NCBI GenBank assembly: GCA_016702545.1 | Contig: JADJDT010000029.1 | Coordinates: 10,500 to 74,499, forward strand | Reading direction: 5' to 3' | Length of the DNA stretch: 64,000 nucleotides | Origin: Pseudomonadota bacterium | GTDB lineage: Bacteria; Myxococcota_A; Polyangia; GCA-2747355 | Shown here: positions 42,641-56,160 of the stretch, in pieces | Layout: every line of letters begins with the position of its first letter | Numbering within the stretch: position 1 is the first letter of the stretch | The notes under the pieces: generated by a model | Seen by the model: only the letters and a program-made list of their open reading frames with translations | What the model was told of the DNA's origin: nothing | Database searches by the model: none | Translations under genes and position numbers: made by a program

Positions 42641-43825
42641 GAGGCTAGCTTGTTCAACGCGCTGTCGTGTTTGTCCGCCTTTAGCGTGCTGCTGGTCGCG
42701 GGTTGTCTGGGCGACACCTACGCCATCTCGAAGCGCGAGCTCGGTCGCCTGGCTCAACTCGCGCCAGCGTCGCGTGGCGCGTCGGTGCGGGTGACGCAGC
42801 AGCTCGGCGAGAGCTTCGCCGATGCGCCTCCGCTCGCTGAGGGGCACGCCCCGTGGGTCGTCGAGGGGCAGGTCGACCTGTTGTGGCGAGGGCCTGCTGG
42901 GCCAGGGCCGTACGGCCCTGGCGGGTATCGGCGCCTGCAGGTGACCCGAGCAGGGCCACATGGCGCGAGCACGGTGAAGACGCCGCCCGGGAGCGGACGG
43001 GCGCAGTCGGGCGCGCGGGGCCGCGGTGGGGGCACGACCGCGCGCGGTGGCACGGGCGGTGGGTCAGGCAGCGGGTCGGGCGGAAACTCAGGCAGCGGTG
43101 GCGACATCGGTGACCTCGCGGGGGCCGCGGCGGTCGTGGTCGCCGTCGCGACGGTGGCAGGCATCGCTCTGGCAGCGACCGAAGGCGCGCGGTTCGACGG
43201 GTGGGCGCGCCTTGGCAGCACGCATCCCGTGCACTTGATCGGGCCCAAGGAGGAGCATCGCTGGGTGCCGCTCAACCAGCTCGGTCCGAGCCACGCTGAG
43301 TGGGCGAAGCAGGCGCTCGTGTCTCCAGTCGAGGGCTTGGTTGTCGAGCTGCAACGCGCTCCGCTCGATCGCAAGGGGTGGGCCTATGCGGTCGAGCTCG
43401 GCGCGAGCCAGCTGAGTACGCTCACGCGCGGCGCGCCCTGGGGCTTTGCCTCGCACATCGTCTTCGGGGGCTTTCCCTTGCAGCAGCTCGGCATCCTCGG
43501 TGGTACCGAGCTGGCGTGGGGACAGAACAGCCTCGGCTTTGATGTGCTCAATGCCCGACTGCTGCTCGAGGCGCAGGTGTTGCCGCTGCGCCTAACGCGG
43601 CTCCATGCGGGCGTCTACGGCCAAGGCGGCTACGACTGGCTGATCGAGGAAAGCGCGCGGGGTACGGCTGCTCGAGGATCGGGCTTTCTCGGCGCGGGCG
43701 CGTTGCTCCAGCTCGACGTGACTACGCGCCTCGCGCTGACCATGCGGACGGGCTTCGCCGCGCCGCTGCGCGCTGACGGCGGCCAACTCGTGCCCAGCGT
43801 CATGGCCGGCTTCGCGGTCTACTGA
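42641..43825 (+). CDS. Hypothetical lipoprotein with Gly/Ser-rich linker
   Basis: TTG 42641 lies 5 nt after GGAGG and gives LFNALSCLSAFSVLLVAGCLGD (lipobox LVAGC). Internal GGGTTARGGTGGGSGSGSGGNSGSGG. It occupies the 3' tail of composite ORF 38681..43825. Confidence 0.6.
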   Translation, partial: EASLFNALSCLSAFSVLLVAGCLGDTYAISKRELGRLAQLAPASRGASVRVTQQLGESFADAPPLAEGHAPWVVEGQVDLLWRGPAGPGPYGPGGYRRLQVTRAGPHGASTVKTPPGSGRAQSGARGRGGGTTARGGTGGGSGSGSGGNSGSGGDIGDLAGAAAVVVAVATVAGIALAATEGARFDGWARLGSTHPVHLIGPKEEHRWVPLNQLGPSHAEWAKQALVSPVEGLVVELQRAPLDRKGWAYAVELGASQLSTLTRGAPWGFASHIVFGGFPLQQLGILGGTELAWGQNSLGFDVLNARLLLEAQVLPLRLTRLHAGVYGQGGYDWLIEESARGTAARGSGFLGAGALLQLDVTTRLALTMRTGFAAPLRADGGQLVPSVMAGFAVY

Positions 43826-43866
43826 CCCCGGGGAGGGTCCGCGGGAGGGTCCCGAACCACGGGGGG

Positions 43867-43968
43867 GCTCGGTCCCGGGCTCGGTCCCGGGCTCGGTCCG
43901 AACCAGGGTTCCTCCGCCCGCTCGGTCGCTCGGGTTTCCTCGGTCGCTCGGTCCGCACCGCTCGGTCC
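43867..43968. repeat. Cluster of seven (G/C)CTCGGTC(C/G) 9-mers, including a 12-bp unit repeated three times
   Basis: GCTCGGTCC at 43867, 43879, 43891, 43946 and 43960, with variants at 43920 and ~43938. It sits in non-coding DNA between convergent genes. Confidence 0.7.
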
Positions 43969-44396
43969 GCACGGGAGTGCCGCAGGCCGGTAGCCCGGGC
44001 CTGCCGGACCGGGGTCCGGACGAGGCGGCCTTCCGGGTGTGCCAAGGGCGGGAGAACAGTACGTGCCGGATCGGGCCCGGCGCTTGCGGAGGGCAGAGGC
44101 CGCATCAGTCTGCCCCGTCCCTTGATCGCCGCCGGTGAGACGATCGTGATCACGCAGCGCTGCACGCAGCGACAGTTCCTGCTGCGCGATGTCGAACCAC
44201 CTGCGCATCCTGGCTACCGACCTTCGCGGCGAGGCTGCCGAGTTCTGCCGCTGGCTCTTCGAGCTCACGGCCAGGTACAGCGCTTCGGTGCCTCAACGCC
44301 CATTGGGGCCGGTGGGAGGACCTCTGGGCCAGCGAGCAACCGTCGGTGGGGCGCCTCGCCGCCGCTCTGCGCGGGGCGATGGCGCGGGGCGATGGC

Positions 44397-44448
44397 GCGG
44401 GGATTCACTCCCCGGGACGCGCTTGTCCTGGGTCTACTTCGGGTCTAG
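44397..44448 (+). mobile_element. Truncated third copy of the MITE/REP-like element
   Basis: GCGGGGATTCACTCCCC (an internal hairpin arm) is joined directly to GGGACGCGCTTGT..GGGTCTAG (the right terminus). The terminal CTAG (44445-44448) contains the atpC stop codon. Confidence 0.6.
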
Positions 44449-44882
44449 CGCGGCCCTGTGGCGCTCGCGGCCGCGCCGATTTGGGCCTCGGCCCAGCGCA
44501 GGGCGTCGAGCAGGGCGGCGTACTGGGGATCGGGCGTGTCATCGGCGTTGGTCAGCGGCGCGGACCATTGTTGGAGGGCCGTCTGGCTCGCGGCCAACGC
44601 GCGGCGCGCGGCGTCCAGGTCGATCTGATCGGCCCGCAGCGCGCGCTCGGTGACGACGAGCACACTGTCGAGGGCGCCGACCTTGGCGAAGCCCGGCCCG
44701 ATCGCCAGCGTCGTCTCCTGCGAGCCGCAGCGCCAGGCCAGCACGCCCGAACGCAGGGCGGCGAGCAAGGGCCGGTGGCCCGGCAGCACGCCGAGCTCTC
44801 CCAGGGTGCCTGGCAGGCGGAGCTCGTCGACGGAGGTGTCTGCCAGGGCGCCGCTCGGCGTCACCAGCTCGAGGCGCAGCAT
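44445..44882 (-). CDS. atpC: F1 ATP synthase epsilon subunit
   Basis: MLRLELVTPSG...LPGTLGELGVLPGHRPLL, last gene after atpD. Confidence 0.9.
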   Translation of the reverse strand: MLRLELVTPSGALADTSVDELRLPGTLGELGVLPGHRPLLAALRSGVLAWRCGSQETTLAIGPGFAKVGALDSVLVVTERALRADQIDLDAARRALAASQTALQQWSAPLTNADDTPDPQYAALLDALRWAEAQIGAAASATGPR

Positions 44883-44885
44883 GGC

Positions 44886-46343
<1,458 letters not shown>

Positions 46344-47210
46344 CTAGCGCAGGGCCTCGGCGCCAGCGATGATCTCCAACAGCTCCTTGGTGATCGACGT
46401 CTGGCGCGCCTTGTTGTACTCGAGCGTCAGCGAGCGGGCCATCTCGGCCGCGTTCGTGGTCGCATTCTCCATCGCGGTCATGCGGGCGCCATGCTCCGAG
46501 GCAATCGCCTCCAGCGCCGCGCGCTGCAGCTCGACGCGGACGTAGATCGGCAGCATCGTCGCCAAGAGCTCGCGCTCGCTCGGCTCGTAGAGGAAGTCGA
46601 GCGGGGCTTCGTCGCCGCCGGTGCGTGCGGCCGGCACTACGGGCAAGAGCTGCTCGACCGCCACCGCTTGGCTCATCGCCGACTTGAACGCGGTGTAGAC
46701 CACGCAGACCCGGTCCACCTGACCGCTGATGAAGTGATCGCTGACGAGGGCGGCCAGCGCCTCGGCCCGGGGGATGGCGCTATTCGTGTCGACCCCCGGC
46801 AGGTAGTCCTCGAGCGCGACCCGCCGATAGCGGTAGTAGTCGCGGCCCTTGCGGCCCACGACCACGAGCTGGGCCGTCTGTCCCGCGGCGCTCAGCTGCT
46901 CGCGGAAGTGCTCCGTGGCGCGGATGATGTTGGTGTTGAAGGCGCCGCACAGCCCCCGGTCGGCGCTCAGCACCACCAGCAGCACGCGCTGCGGCTCGCG
47001 ATCGGCGAGCAGCGGATGCTGGGTGCGCTCCGCGCGCAGTGCCAGCTCGGCGACGATCTCGGCCACCTTGCGCGCGTAGGGGCGCGCGCCGACGATGGCC
47101 CCCTGCGCTCGGCGCAGCTTGGCCGCCGCGACGAGCTTCATCGCTCGCGTGATCTTCTGCGTGCTCTTGACCGAGGCGATGCGGCGGCGGATGTCTTTCA
47201 GCGCGGGCAT
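46344..47210 (-). CDS. atpG: F1 ATP synthase gamma subunit
   Basis: MPALKDIRRRIASVKSTQKITRAMKLVAAAKLRRAQ and the C-terminus ITKELLEIIAGAEAL. Confidence 0.95.
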   Translation of the reverse strand: MPALKDIRRRIASVKSTQKITRAMKLVAAAKLRRAQGAIVGARPYARKVAEIVAELALRAERTQHPLLADREPQRVLLVVLSADRGLCGAFNTNIIRATEHFREQLSAAGQTAQLVVVGRKGRDYYRYRRVALEDYLPGVDTNSAIPRAEALAALVSDHFISGQVDRVCVVYTAFKSAMSQAVAVEQLLPVVPAARTGGDEAPLDFLYEPSERELLATMLPIYVRVELQRAALEAIASEHGARMTAMENATTNAAEMARSLTLEYNKARQTSITKELLEIIAGAEALR

Positions 47211-47219
47211 GTCAGGTGC

Positions 47220-48770
<1,551 letters not shown>

Positions 48771-48811
48771 TCCTTGGCCGCCGAGTCGGTGGCGGCGCTC
48801 GCGTGGTTTGA

Positions 48812-49360
48812 CTAGACCTTATCCTCGAGCAGAGCCTGGCGTAGCCGCGCTAGCCGCGCGCGCAGGCTGCCGTCGAAGAGCAGCGACCCGACGCGGGTCG
48901 ACAGACCGGCGATCAGCCCCGGATCGACCGCTGTCGTCAGTAGCACGCGCAGGCCCGTGCGCTGCTCCAGCGCGCGCGTGAGCTGATCCTGGGCCTCAGG
49001 GTCGAGGGGCGTAGCGCTGGTGACGTGGGCCCGCACGCGGCCCGCGTAGCGGTCGGCGGCAGCGGTGTAGCTGCGCGCAATGTCGGGTAGCAGGGCGATG
49101 CGGCCGCGGTCGAGCAGCAGCAGCAGACCTTGGCGCAGCGCGGGCAGGAGCTGCAGGCGCTGCGCGAGCTGCTCGATCAGCGCCCGCCGCCGCGGCGCGG
49201 CGTAGCTGGGGTTCGCCAGCGTGTCGAGCAACTCGCGCTGGTCTTGCCAGAGCGCGGCGAGCTGCTGCAGCTGCTCGCCGAGTTCGTCGACGCGCTGCTG
49301 GTCGACGGCCAGCCGCAGCATCGCGTGGGCGTAACGCTGGCTGATGCGGCCGCCGATCAT
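48812..49360 (-). CDS. atpH: F1 ATP synthase delta (OSCP) subunit
   Basis: The internal ATG at 49360 gives [18 protein letters not shown]...[23 protein letters not shown]. The upstream part of the 441-aa ORF is Arg-rich read-through. Confidence 0.85.
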   Translation of the reverse strand: MIGGRISQRYAHAMLRLAVDQQRVDELGEQLQQLAALWQDQRELLDTLANPSYAAPRRRALIEQLAQRLQLLPALRQGLLLLLDRGRIALLPDIARSYTAAADRYAGRVRAHVTSATPLDPEAQDQLTRALEQRTGLRVLLTTAVDPGLIAGLSTRVGSLLFDGSLRARLARLRQALLEDKV

Positions 49361-50109
49361 GGGCGTGGTCCGCCGCTGGGTTGCCCGAGCTGGGCCAAGC
49401 ACTCCTCCTGCAAACGCTGGCGGTCGTCGGCGGTGACGCTCTGCTGTAGCAGGCGCTCGGCTGCCTCCAGCGCCGCCCCGATCGCGCCGACCTCGAGCTG
49501 CCGCCGGATGCGATCGACCTCCTGCCGTAGGGTCCGCTCGGCGCCGGCGACGATGCGCTGCGCCTCCGCCGCCGCTTGGCTCAGCAGGTGCTCGCGCTCG
49601 TGCTCGGCGTCGCGCGCCGCCGCGGCCAGCAGCTCGGCGACCTCGCCCTCGACGCGCCCGAGCTGCTGCTGGGCCGCAGCCAGCTGTTGCTCGGCCTGGG
49701 CGCGCAGTTGGGAGGCCTCGGCGATCTGCTCCTCGAGCTCGCGCCGGCGCGTGTCGAGGAAGATGCGCAGGGGTCGGCGGCCGAGCCGCACGACGAGCCA
49801 CAGCAGCAGCGCGAAGTTGAGCAGCGCCAGCGCCAGCGGCGGTCCGCTGTGCGCGACGGTGTCCGCGCCGCAGCCGAACCAGTTGATCGGCGCGAGCGTC
49901 TCGGCCGCGCTGTGCGGCGGAGGATGCACGGGCTGGCCGGGGCCAGGGGCGTGCCCAGGCGCGAGGGATTCGGCGCTGGCCGAAGGCGCGGCGCCGCCGA
50001 AGGCGAGGCATGCGCTGGCGAAGACCCCGACCGCGAGCGCCCGGCCGCGAGCGCTGCGGCGCGAGCCGCAGGATCCGCGCTGGGCCTGCTGGGGGAGGGC
50101 TAGGGGCAA
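49357..50109 (-). CDS. atpF: F0 ATP synthase b subunit (start uncertain)
   Basis: TM LALALLNFALLLWLVV followed by a long coiled-coil (RRRELEEQIAEASQLRAQAEQQL...). ATGA overlap with atpH. TTG 50109 follows a purine-rich AGAGAAAGA; ATG 50181 is the maximal alternative start. Confidence 0.7.
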   Translation of the reverse strand: MPLALPQQAQRGSCGSRRSARGRALAVGVFASACLAFGGAAPSASAESLAPGHAPGPGQPVHPPPHSAAETLAPINWFGCGADTVAHSGPPLALALLNFALLLWLVVRLGRRPLRIFLDTRRRELEEQIAEASQLRAQAEQQLAAAQQQLGRVEGEVAELLAAAARDAEHEREHLLSQAAAEAQRIVAGAERTLRQEVDRIRRQLEVGAIGAALEAAERLLQQSVTADDRQRLQEECLAQLGQPSGGPRP

Positions 50110-50149
50110 CGGTCGTATCTTTCTCTGCGGCGCCCACGCGCCGATGGGG

Positions 50150-50626
50150 TCAGGGGCGACGTCCAAGCACCTTGGCTGCAATCTCTTCGGCCAGCTGGTC
50201 GGCGCGCGCCCGCAGCGCCAGAGCGGCGGCTGGCGCAGTCTTGGCCAGAACGGCGCGAGCCGCGGTGAGCTGCTCTTCGGCCGCTCGTCGCGCAGCGGCG
50301 ATCTGGCCCTGGGCGCTGGCCTCTGCGCTCAGGCGATGTTTCACGCGCTGGGCGTTGGCTTGCTGGCGCGCCCCGGCCACGCGCTGCGCGTGGGCCTCGG
50401 TGGCCGCAGTAGACGCTTGCGCCAGCTGCTCGGCCTGCGCGCGGGCCCCCCCGACCAACGCTGCCCGCTCGCGGCGCAGGGCTAGGTGGGGCAGGAAGAC
50501 CAGCTGGCGCAGCACCAGGAAGACCAAAAGGAACACGGTGAGCTGCAGCAACACGGTCCCGTCGATGTCGATCACCGGCGGCGACGCATGCGCAGCAGCG
50601 CTCAGCAGCGAGAGCAAGATAGGCAC
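50150..50626 (-). CDS. F0 ATP synthase b'-like subunit
   Basis: 158 aa. TM LLQLTVFLLVFLVLRQLVF followed by an Ala/Gln/Arg coiled-coil. It is directly upstream of atpF. Confidence 0.7.
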   Translation of the reverse strand: MPILLSLLSAAAHASPPVIDIDGTVLLQLTVFLLVFLVLRQLVFLPHLALRRERAALVGGARAQAEQLAQASTAATEAHAQRVAGARQQANAQRVKHRLSAEASAQGQIAAARRAAEEQLTAARAVLAKTAPAAALALRARADQLAEEIAAKVLGRRP

Positions 50627-50721
50627 GTCCGGCCGCCTAACACGGCCCGCCGCGAGCTGTCAAACACCAAGGTAAACATGGAGATGTGTCCCGGAGTCGC
50701 GCGTGCCGCTTGAGCCGGGCG

Positions 50722-52938
50722 CTACTCGGCTCGGCGCAGCGAGATGCTCAGCCGATGTTCCGAGGCGCTCTCCCAACGCACCACGCGGCGCTCGCTCTGA
50801 TATCCGCGCTGGCGCAGCTCGATCGTGAAGCGATCGGTCAGCGCGAGGTTGGAGAGGGTCAGCGGCGTCGTGCCGCGCAGCACCTGGTTGAGGTAGACCT
50901 CGGCTCCCTGGGGATTCGAGTCGACGATCAGGCGTCCGCTGGCGGCGGTCAACGAGGCGACCAGCCGGTGGCGGCGCTCGCGGGGGCGGAAGGCGGTGCG
51001 GGTGCTCCACGGGTGGTAGCCCTTCAGCGTCAGCGCCACCAGTAAGGGGCGCAGGGGCTGGGCCAGGCCGACGGTCACGGGCGTGGGCTGCCCGAGCGGG
51101 CGCCCATCGATCGCGACGGCGGCACCGGGGGGCACCGACACGATCTCCAGCACGGCATTCGCTGGGAAGGGATCCCAGCGGTCGAAGGCGGCCCAGCCGG
51201 CGGCGAAGGCCCCGGTCGCGAGGGCCAGGCCCAGGAACACGCGCCGCACGGTGTGTCGCGGTCGGACGCGCAGGCTCGGCGGGAGCGGGGCGTCTCCGCT
51301 CGTGAAGTGGCGCTCTGGCGGGCGGCCGGCGCCGAACAACCCGCTGCCGAGTCGGTGCGGGCGCTGGCCGGAGGTGCCCTCGCCGCGATCGCGCGCACCG
51401 GTGGGTCGGCGGGCCTGCTGTCGCAGTGCCTGGTCGAGCGGGTGCAGCGCCGAGGTCCGCGCGGCGCGGGCCGCCACCGAGGGCGGGCGCCCCGTCGGCG
51501 GCCGGCCTGGGCTCGAGAGACCGGGGCGTGCGCCGGCGTCGAGATCAGCGGATGCCAGCGGCCTCGAGGGGTTGCCGGGGGACCTCGTGAGCTGCGCCTC
51601 AGCACCGCGCCGGCTGTCCCCCGTGCTCGGTCGCTCGCTGACCGCTGACGAGCGCCGATGGGGGCCGTCGCCCCACGCGGCCGCGCGTCCACGAGTGGGT
51701 CCCGCGTAGGGGGGGAAGTCGAGCACCTGGTGCAGCGTGGGCGTGGGCCTCTTACCTCGATCCAAGGGCGCCGGGGCCGGCACGGGCGTGACCGCGTCGT
51801 CCTCCGGCGAGGAGGAGATCGCGTCCAACAGGCCGAAGGTCGCGTCGGCCAGGGTGGGGTCGCCCGACATCGGGCCGCCCGCCAAATCACCGGTCAGCGC
51901 GCCATCGTCGAAGAACCCGTGTGGGTCGTCGCCGAGCGTGGCCGTGACATCCTCGGCCCGCGCCGGGCTCAGCTCCGTCGGCGGCCGCGGGGGGCGCGGC
52001 GCCGCGTTGGGGACGCTGCCGATGGTCTTCTGCACGAAGCGCGCGACCCGGTCGGCGGTGAAATCGGGCGCATAGGACGAGAGGAAGGCGGTCAGGCGGC
52101 CCTGGAACTCGAGCGCCGAGCTCCAGCGGTCCTCCGGACGGCGCGCCAGCGCGCGCAGCACGATCTGCTCGAGCGCCGTCGGGAGGTCGGGGCGGAGCTG
52201 ACTGGGCAGAGGCACCTCGGCCTCACGCACCAGCTGCAGCAGCGCCTCGGCGCGCTCCTCGGTGTAGAGCGGGCGGCCGGTCAACACCTCCCAGAGGATC
52301 GCGCCCGCGGCGAAGATGTCGGTGCGGTGGTCGACCCTGCCGCCACGCGCCTGCTCGGGCGCCATGTAGCGGTACTTGCCCTTGATGACGCCGACCTCGG
52401 TCTGGCGCCGGCTGTCGGCCGCCTTGGCGATGCCGAAGTCGACGATCTTCACCTCGCCGGCATACGAGAGCAGCACGTTCTGCGGGCTGATGTCGCGGTG
52501 CACGATCTGGCGCGGGCGACGCGCCTCGTCCAGCTGGCTGTGCGCGTAGTGCAGGCCGGTGGCGACCTGCTGGCCGATGTAGGTGGCGATGTCGAAGGGC
52601 ACCAGCGCGCGTTGCTCGCCCAGGCGCTGCAAGATACGGAACAGGTCGGCGCCTTCCACGTACTCCATCGCGATGTAGTAGGTGCCCTCGAGCTGGCCGA
52701 GCTCGAAGACCTGGGCGATGTTGGCGTGCGAGAGGCTGACGGCGATCTTCGCCTCCTCGATCAGCATCTGTACGAAGCTTTCGTCGCTGGCGAAATCGGG
52801 GTGGATGACCTTCAGCGCGCAGTACTTCTCGAAACCGGCGACGCCCTCGCTTTTCGCGAGGAAGACCTCCGCCATGCCACCGACGGCGATCCGGCGCACC
52901 AGCTTGTACGGGCCGAATTTATAGTTCGGGGCGAGCAC
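50722..52938 (-). CDS. Ser/Thr protein kinase with TM segment and two C-terminal PEGA domains
   Basis: GGMAEVFLA, CALKVI, HRDISPQNVLL, DFGIA, YMAPEQ. TM VFLGLALATGAFAAGWAAF. PEGA domains LEIVSVPPGAAVAIDGRPLG and LIVDSNPQGAEVYLNQVLRGTTP. Confidence 0.9.
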   Translation of the reverse strand: MLAPNYKFGPYKLVRRIAVGGMAEVFLAKSEGVAGFEKYCALKVIHPDFASDESFVQMLIEEAKIAVSLSHANIAQVFELGQLEGTYYIAMEYVEGADLFRILQRLGEQRALVPFDIATYIGQQVATGLHYAHSQLDEARRPRQIVHRDISPQNVLLSYAGEVKIVDFGIAKAADSRRQTEVGVIKGKYRYMAPEQARGGRVDHRTDIFAAGAILWEVLTGRPLYTEERAEALLQLVREAEVPLPSQLRPDLPTALEQIVLRALARRPEDRWSSALEFQGRLTAFLSSYAPDFTADRVARFVQKTIGSVPNAAPRPPRPPTELSPARAEDVTATLGDDPHGFFDDGALTGDLAGGPMSGDPTLADATFGLLDAISSSPEDDAVTPVPAPAPLDRGKRPTPTLHQVLDFPPYAGPTRGRAAAWGDGPHRRSSAVSERPSTGDSRRGAEAQLTRSPGNPSRPLASADLDAGARPGLSSPGRPPTGRPPSVAARAARTSALHPLDQALRQQARRPTGARDRGEGTSGQRPHRLGSGLFGAGRPPERHFTSGDAPLPPSLRVRPRHTVRRVFLGLALATGAFAAGWAAFDRWDPFPANAVLEIVSVPPGAAVAIDGRPLGQPTPVTVGLAQPLRPLLVALTLKGYHPWSTRTAFRPRERRHRLVASLTAASGRLIVDSNPQGAEVYLNQVLRGTTPLTLSNLALTDRFTIELRQRGYQSERRVVRWESASEHRLSISLRRAE

Positions 52939-53038
52939 TGCCGTGATTATTTCACATTATCGGCGGGCGTGACGGATCTGCGGTCCGGGAACTCCCGACG
53001 TGGCGACGAGCGCTCCAGGGCCGAGGGGCCTGGGCGGC

Positions 53039-54484
53039 TCAGAACATCGCGACGGCCCCAAGGGAGAGGTCGAAGGTCGTCACCTCAGAGACGCGAAAAC
53101 GACGACCCACGGTGTCGATCAGCGGCTGGAAGCTGGGATTGACCTGGAACGGATCCGATATCTGGATCTCTTGGTTTGGATCGCTCCCACGCCCAACGCT
53201 GGCGAAGGTGATGGCGTGCGACTGCTCATGGCCGAGCGCCAGGCCGAGGCGCAGCTGCGCCCAGCGCGTCACCTGGGCGCGCACGGCGAGCGTTCCCGTC
53301 ACGCCCAGGTGATTCTCGATGCTGGTGATGCCCGGATAAGGCAGGAGGTCCGTATCGGTAGCGCAGTAGGTGCCGTTGTCCCAGGGCGTCAGGCCGCCGG
53401 CGCCCCCCGGCGCCGGATGGCAGGTGCGGGCGAGGCGCGGGCTATTGGCGAAGACCTCCCACATCGGCGAGTAGCCCCGTCCCTCGAAGGTCGCCTGCAG
53501 GGCGGCGCTGCCCTCGATGGTGACGGCGTAGTGCTGAGCGGGTCGTTCCCAGGCCACGACGGCGGCGCCGATCTCGCCGCCCGCGCTTTGCTGGGGCGTG
53601 GCGCGCTGCTGGCCGGAGCGCGGGAACTCGGTCTTGGCGAAGAGCGAATCCTTGGCCGCGATGGGGACCATGTAATACGCGCTGAACCAGGGTTCGATCC
53701 AGCGGAAGCGGCGCGAGACGCTGGTGTGAAGGCGAAGCTCGTGCAGCCCGCGGCCCACCGAGGTGTTCGCACGCGGGTCGGTCGTCGCGTCGTACTCCAT
53801 CGGCGAGCCGACCGCGAGGCGCGCCTCGAAGCCCGTGACCCAGGTTGGCTTGGTCGGATCACGGCGTTGGTTGAGCGGTGCCCAGGCGATGCCCAGGTAG
53901 ATCTGGTCGATGCCGCTGCGGGTCGGCAGTACGAGGCCACCGGCCGGGCCACTGGCGTTGCCGACGGCCACCTGATTGGGCGCCATCTGGCCGCCGTCGA
54001 GGAAGCCGTCGCGGACCAGCGAGGAGTTCTCCGGGGTGACGCAGTTGGTGCTGCGCGGATCGCCGCAGGGGGCGCCGCCGTTCTGCGCGAAGCTCAGGCT
54101 GCGGTCGTCGCTGACGACGATCGGCAGCTCGAGGTGGAGCTGAAGATCGCGCCACACGCCGATCTCCAGCCGCGGAGCCAGCACATGCCGCGTTTGGCTG
54201 AAGCGCAGCTCTTTGATCCGTTGCACCGCCGTCTGGCCGGCGGCGCGGCCAACGGCCTCGCGGTCGATCGCACCGCGATAGAGGGCACGCCGGTAGTCGA
54301 GGGAGACGCGCGCATCGAGCGCATCGCCGGGCTCGAAGCCGCTGGCCAGGTCCGTGACGTCCGCGGCCTGCGCCGCCGGAGGCCGCCCGCCCAGGGTCGC
54401 CGCGACGCAGCACGCGAACACGGCCGCCACGCCACGACCGGCAGGCGCGCCGATTCTCCGACAGGATCCTAAGGAGAGATACAT
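53039..54484 (-). CDS. Hypothetical outer-membrane beta-barrel-like protein
   Basis: Signal peptide ending AAQAAD, alternating-hydrophobicity segments and a C-terminal ...LSLGAVAMF (terminal Phe, as in many outer-membrane proteins). I do not recognise the family. Confidence 0.55.
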   Translation of the reverse strand: MYLSLGSCRRIGAPAGRGVAAVFACCVAATLGGRPPAAQAADVTDLASGFEPGDALDARVSLDYRRALYRGAIDREAVGRAAGQTAVQRIKELRFSQTRHVLAPRLEIGVWRDLQLHLELPIVVSDDRSLSFAQNGGAPCGDPRSTNCVTPENSSLVRDGFLDGGQMAPNQVAVGNASGPAGGLVLPTRSGIDQIYLGIAWAPLNQRRDPTKPTWVTGFEARLAVGSPMEYDATTDPRANTSVGRGLHELRLHTSVSRRFRWIEPWFSAYYMVPIAAKDSLFAKTEFPRSGQQRATPQQSAGGEIGAAVVAWERPAQHYAVTIEGSAALQATFEGRGYSPMWEVFANSPRLARTCHPAPGGAGGLTPWDNGTYCATDTDLLPYPGITSIENHLGVTGTLAVRAQVTRWAQLRLGLALGHEQSHAITFASVGRGSDPNQEIQISDPFQVNPSFQPLIDTVGRRFRVSEVTTFDLSLGAVAMF

Positions 54485-54508
54485 GGCGTTGGCCCAGGCT
54501 CGCGCTCG

Positions 54509-54673
54509 TTAGGGCTCGTGACGAAACAAATCGGTCGACTGTGGCTGTCGAGGCGCGCGGCCGGCAAGGAGCGACGACGAAGGTCTACCTGGGGTAAACC
54601 TAGGAGGAGCGACGCTGGCGGACGCGATGGATCGGCGGCCACAACGATCGAGCTGTTTTATCACGAGCCCTTA
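54509..54673. repeat. 19-bp inverted repeats flanking 127 bp in the intergenic region
   Basis: TTAGGGCTCGTGACGAAAC (54509-54527) against the reverse complement of GTTTTATCACGAGCCCTTA (54655-54673), 17/19 matches. It lies between the NtrC-type gene stop (54697) and the outer-membrane-protein gene start (54484). Confidence 0.6.
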
Positions 54674-54696
54674 GTAGCGTGCGCGTTCGTTGTCCG

Positions 54697-56097
<1,401 letters not shown>

Positions 56098-56160
56098 GCG
56101 TTACCGGTCTCGCGCGGGAGGGGGTGTGGCGAGCGGGCAGGCCAGTGCGCCCCGCGTGGC

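Noticed and set aside
38681-43825. A single 1714-aa protein, as listed in the ORF track
   Set aside because: It is a composite of three parts: the second RCC1/Cys-rich part of the giant lipoprotein (to ~40330), out-of-frame read-through of the BNR and PQQ propeller region plus intergenic DNA, and a separate lipoprotein gene starting at TTG 42641.
50627-50721. Expected atpB/atpE (a and c subunits) or atpI upstream of atpF'
   Set aside because: They are not present. The next upstream gene is a Ser/Thr kinase. Split atp loci are known in several lineages, so I treat this as normal rather than as a loss.
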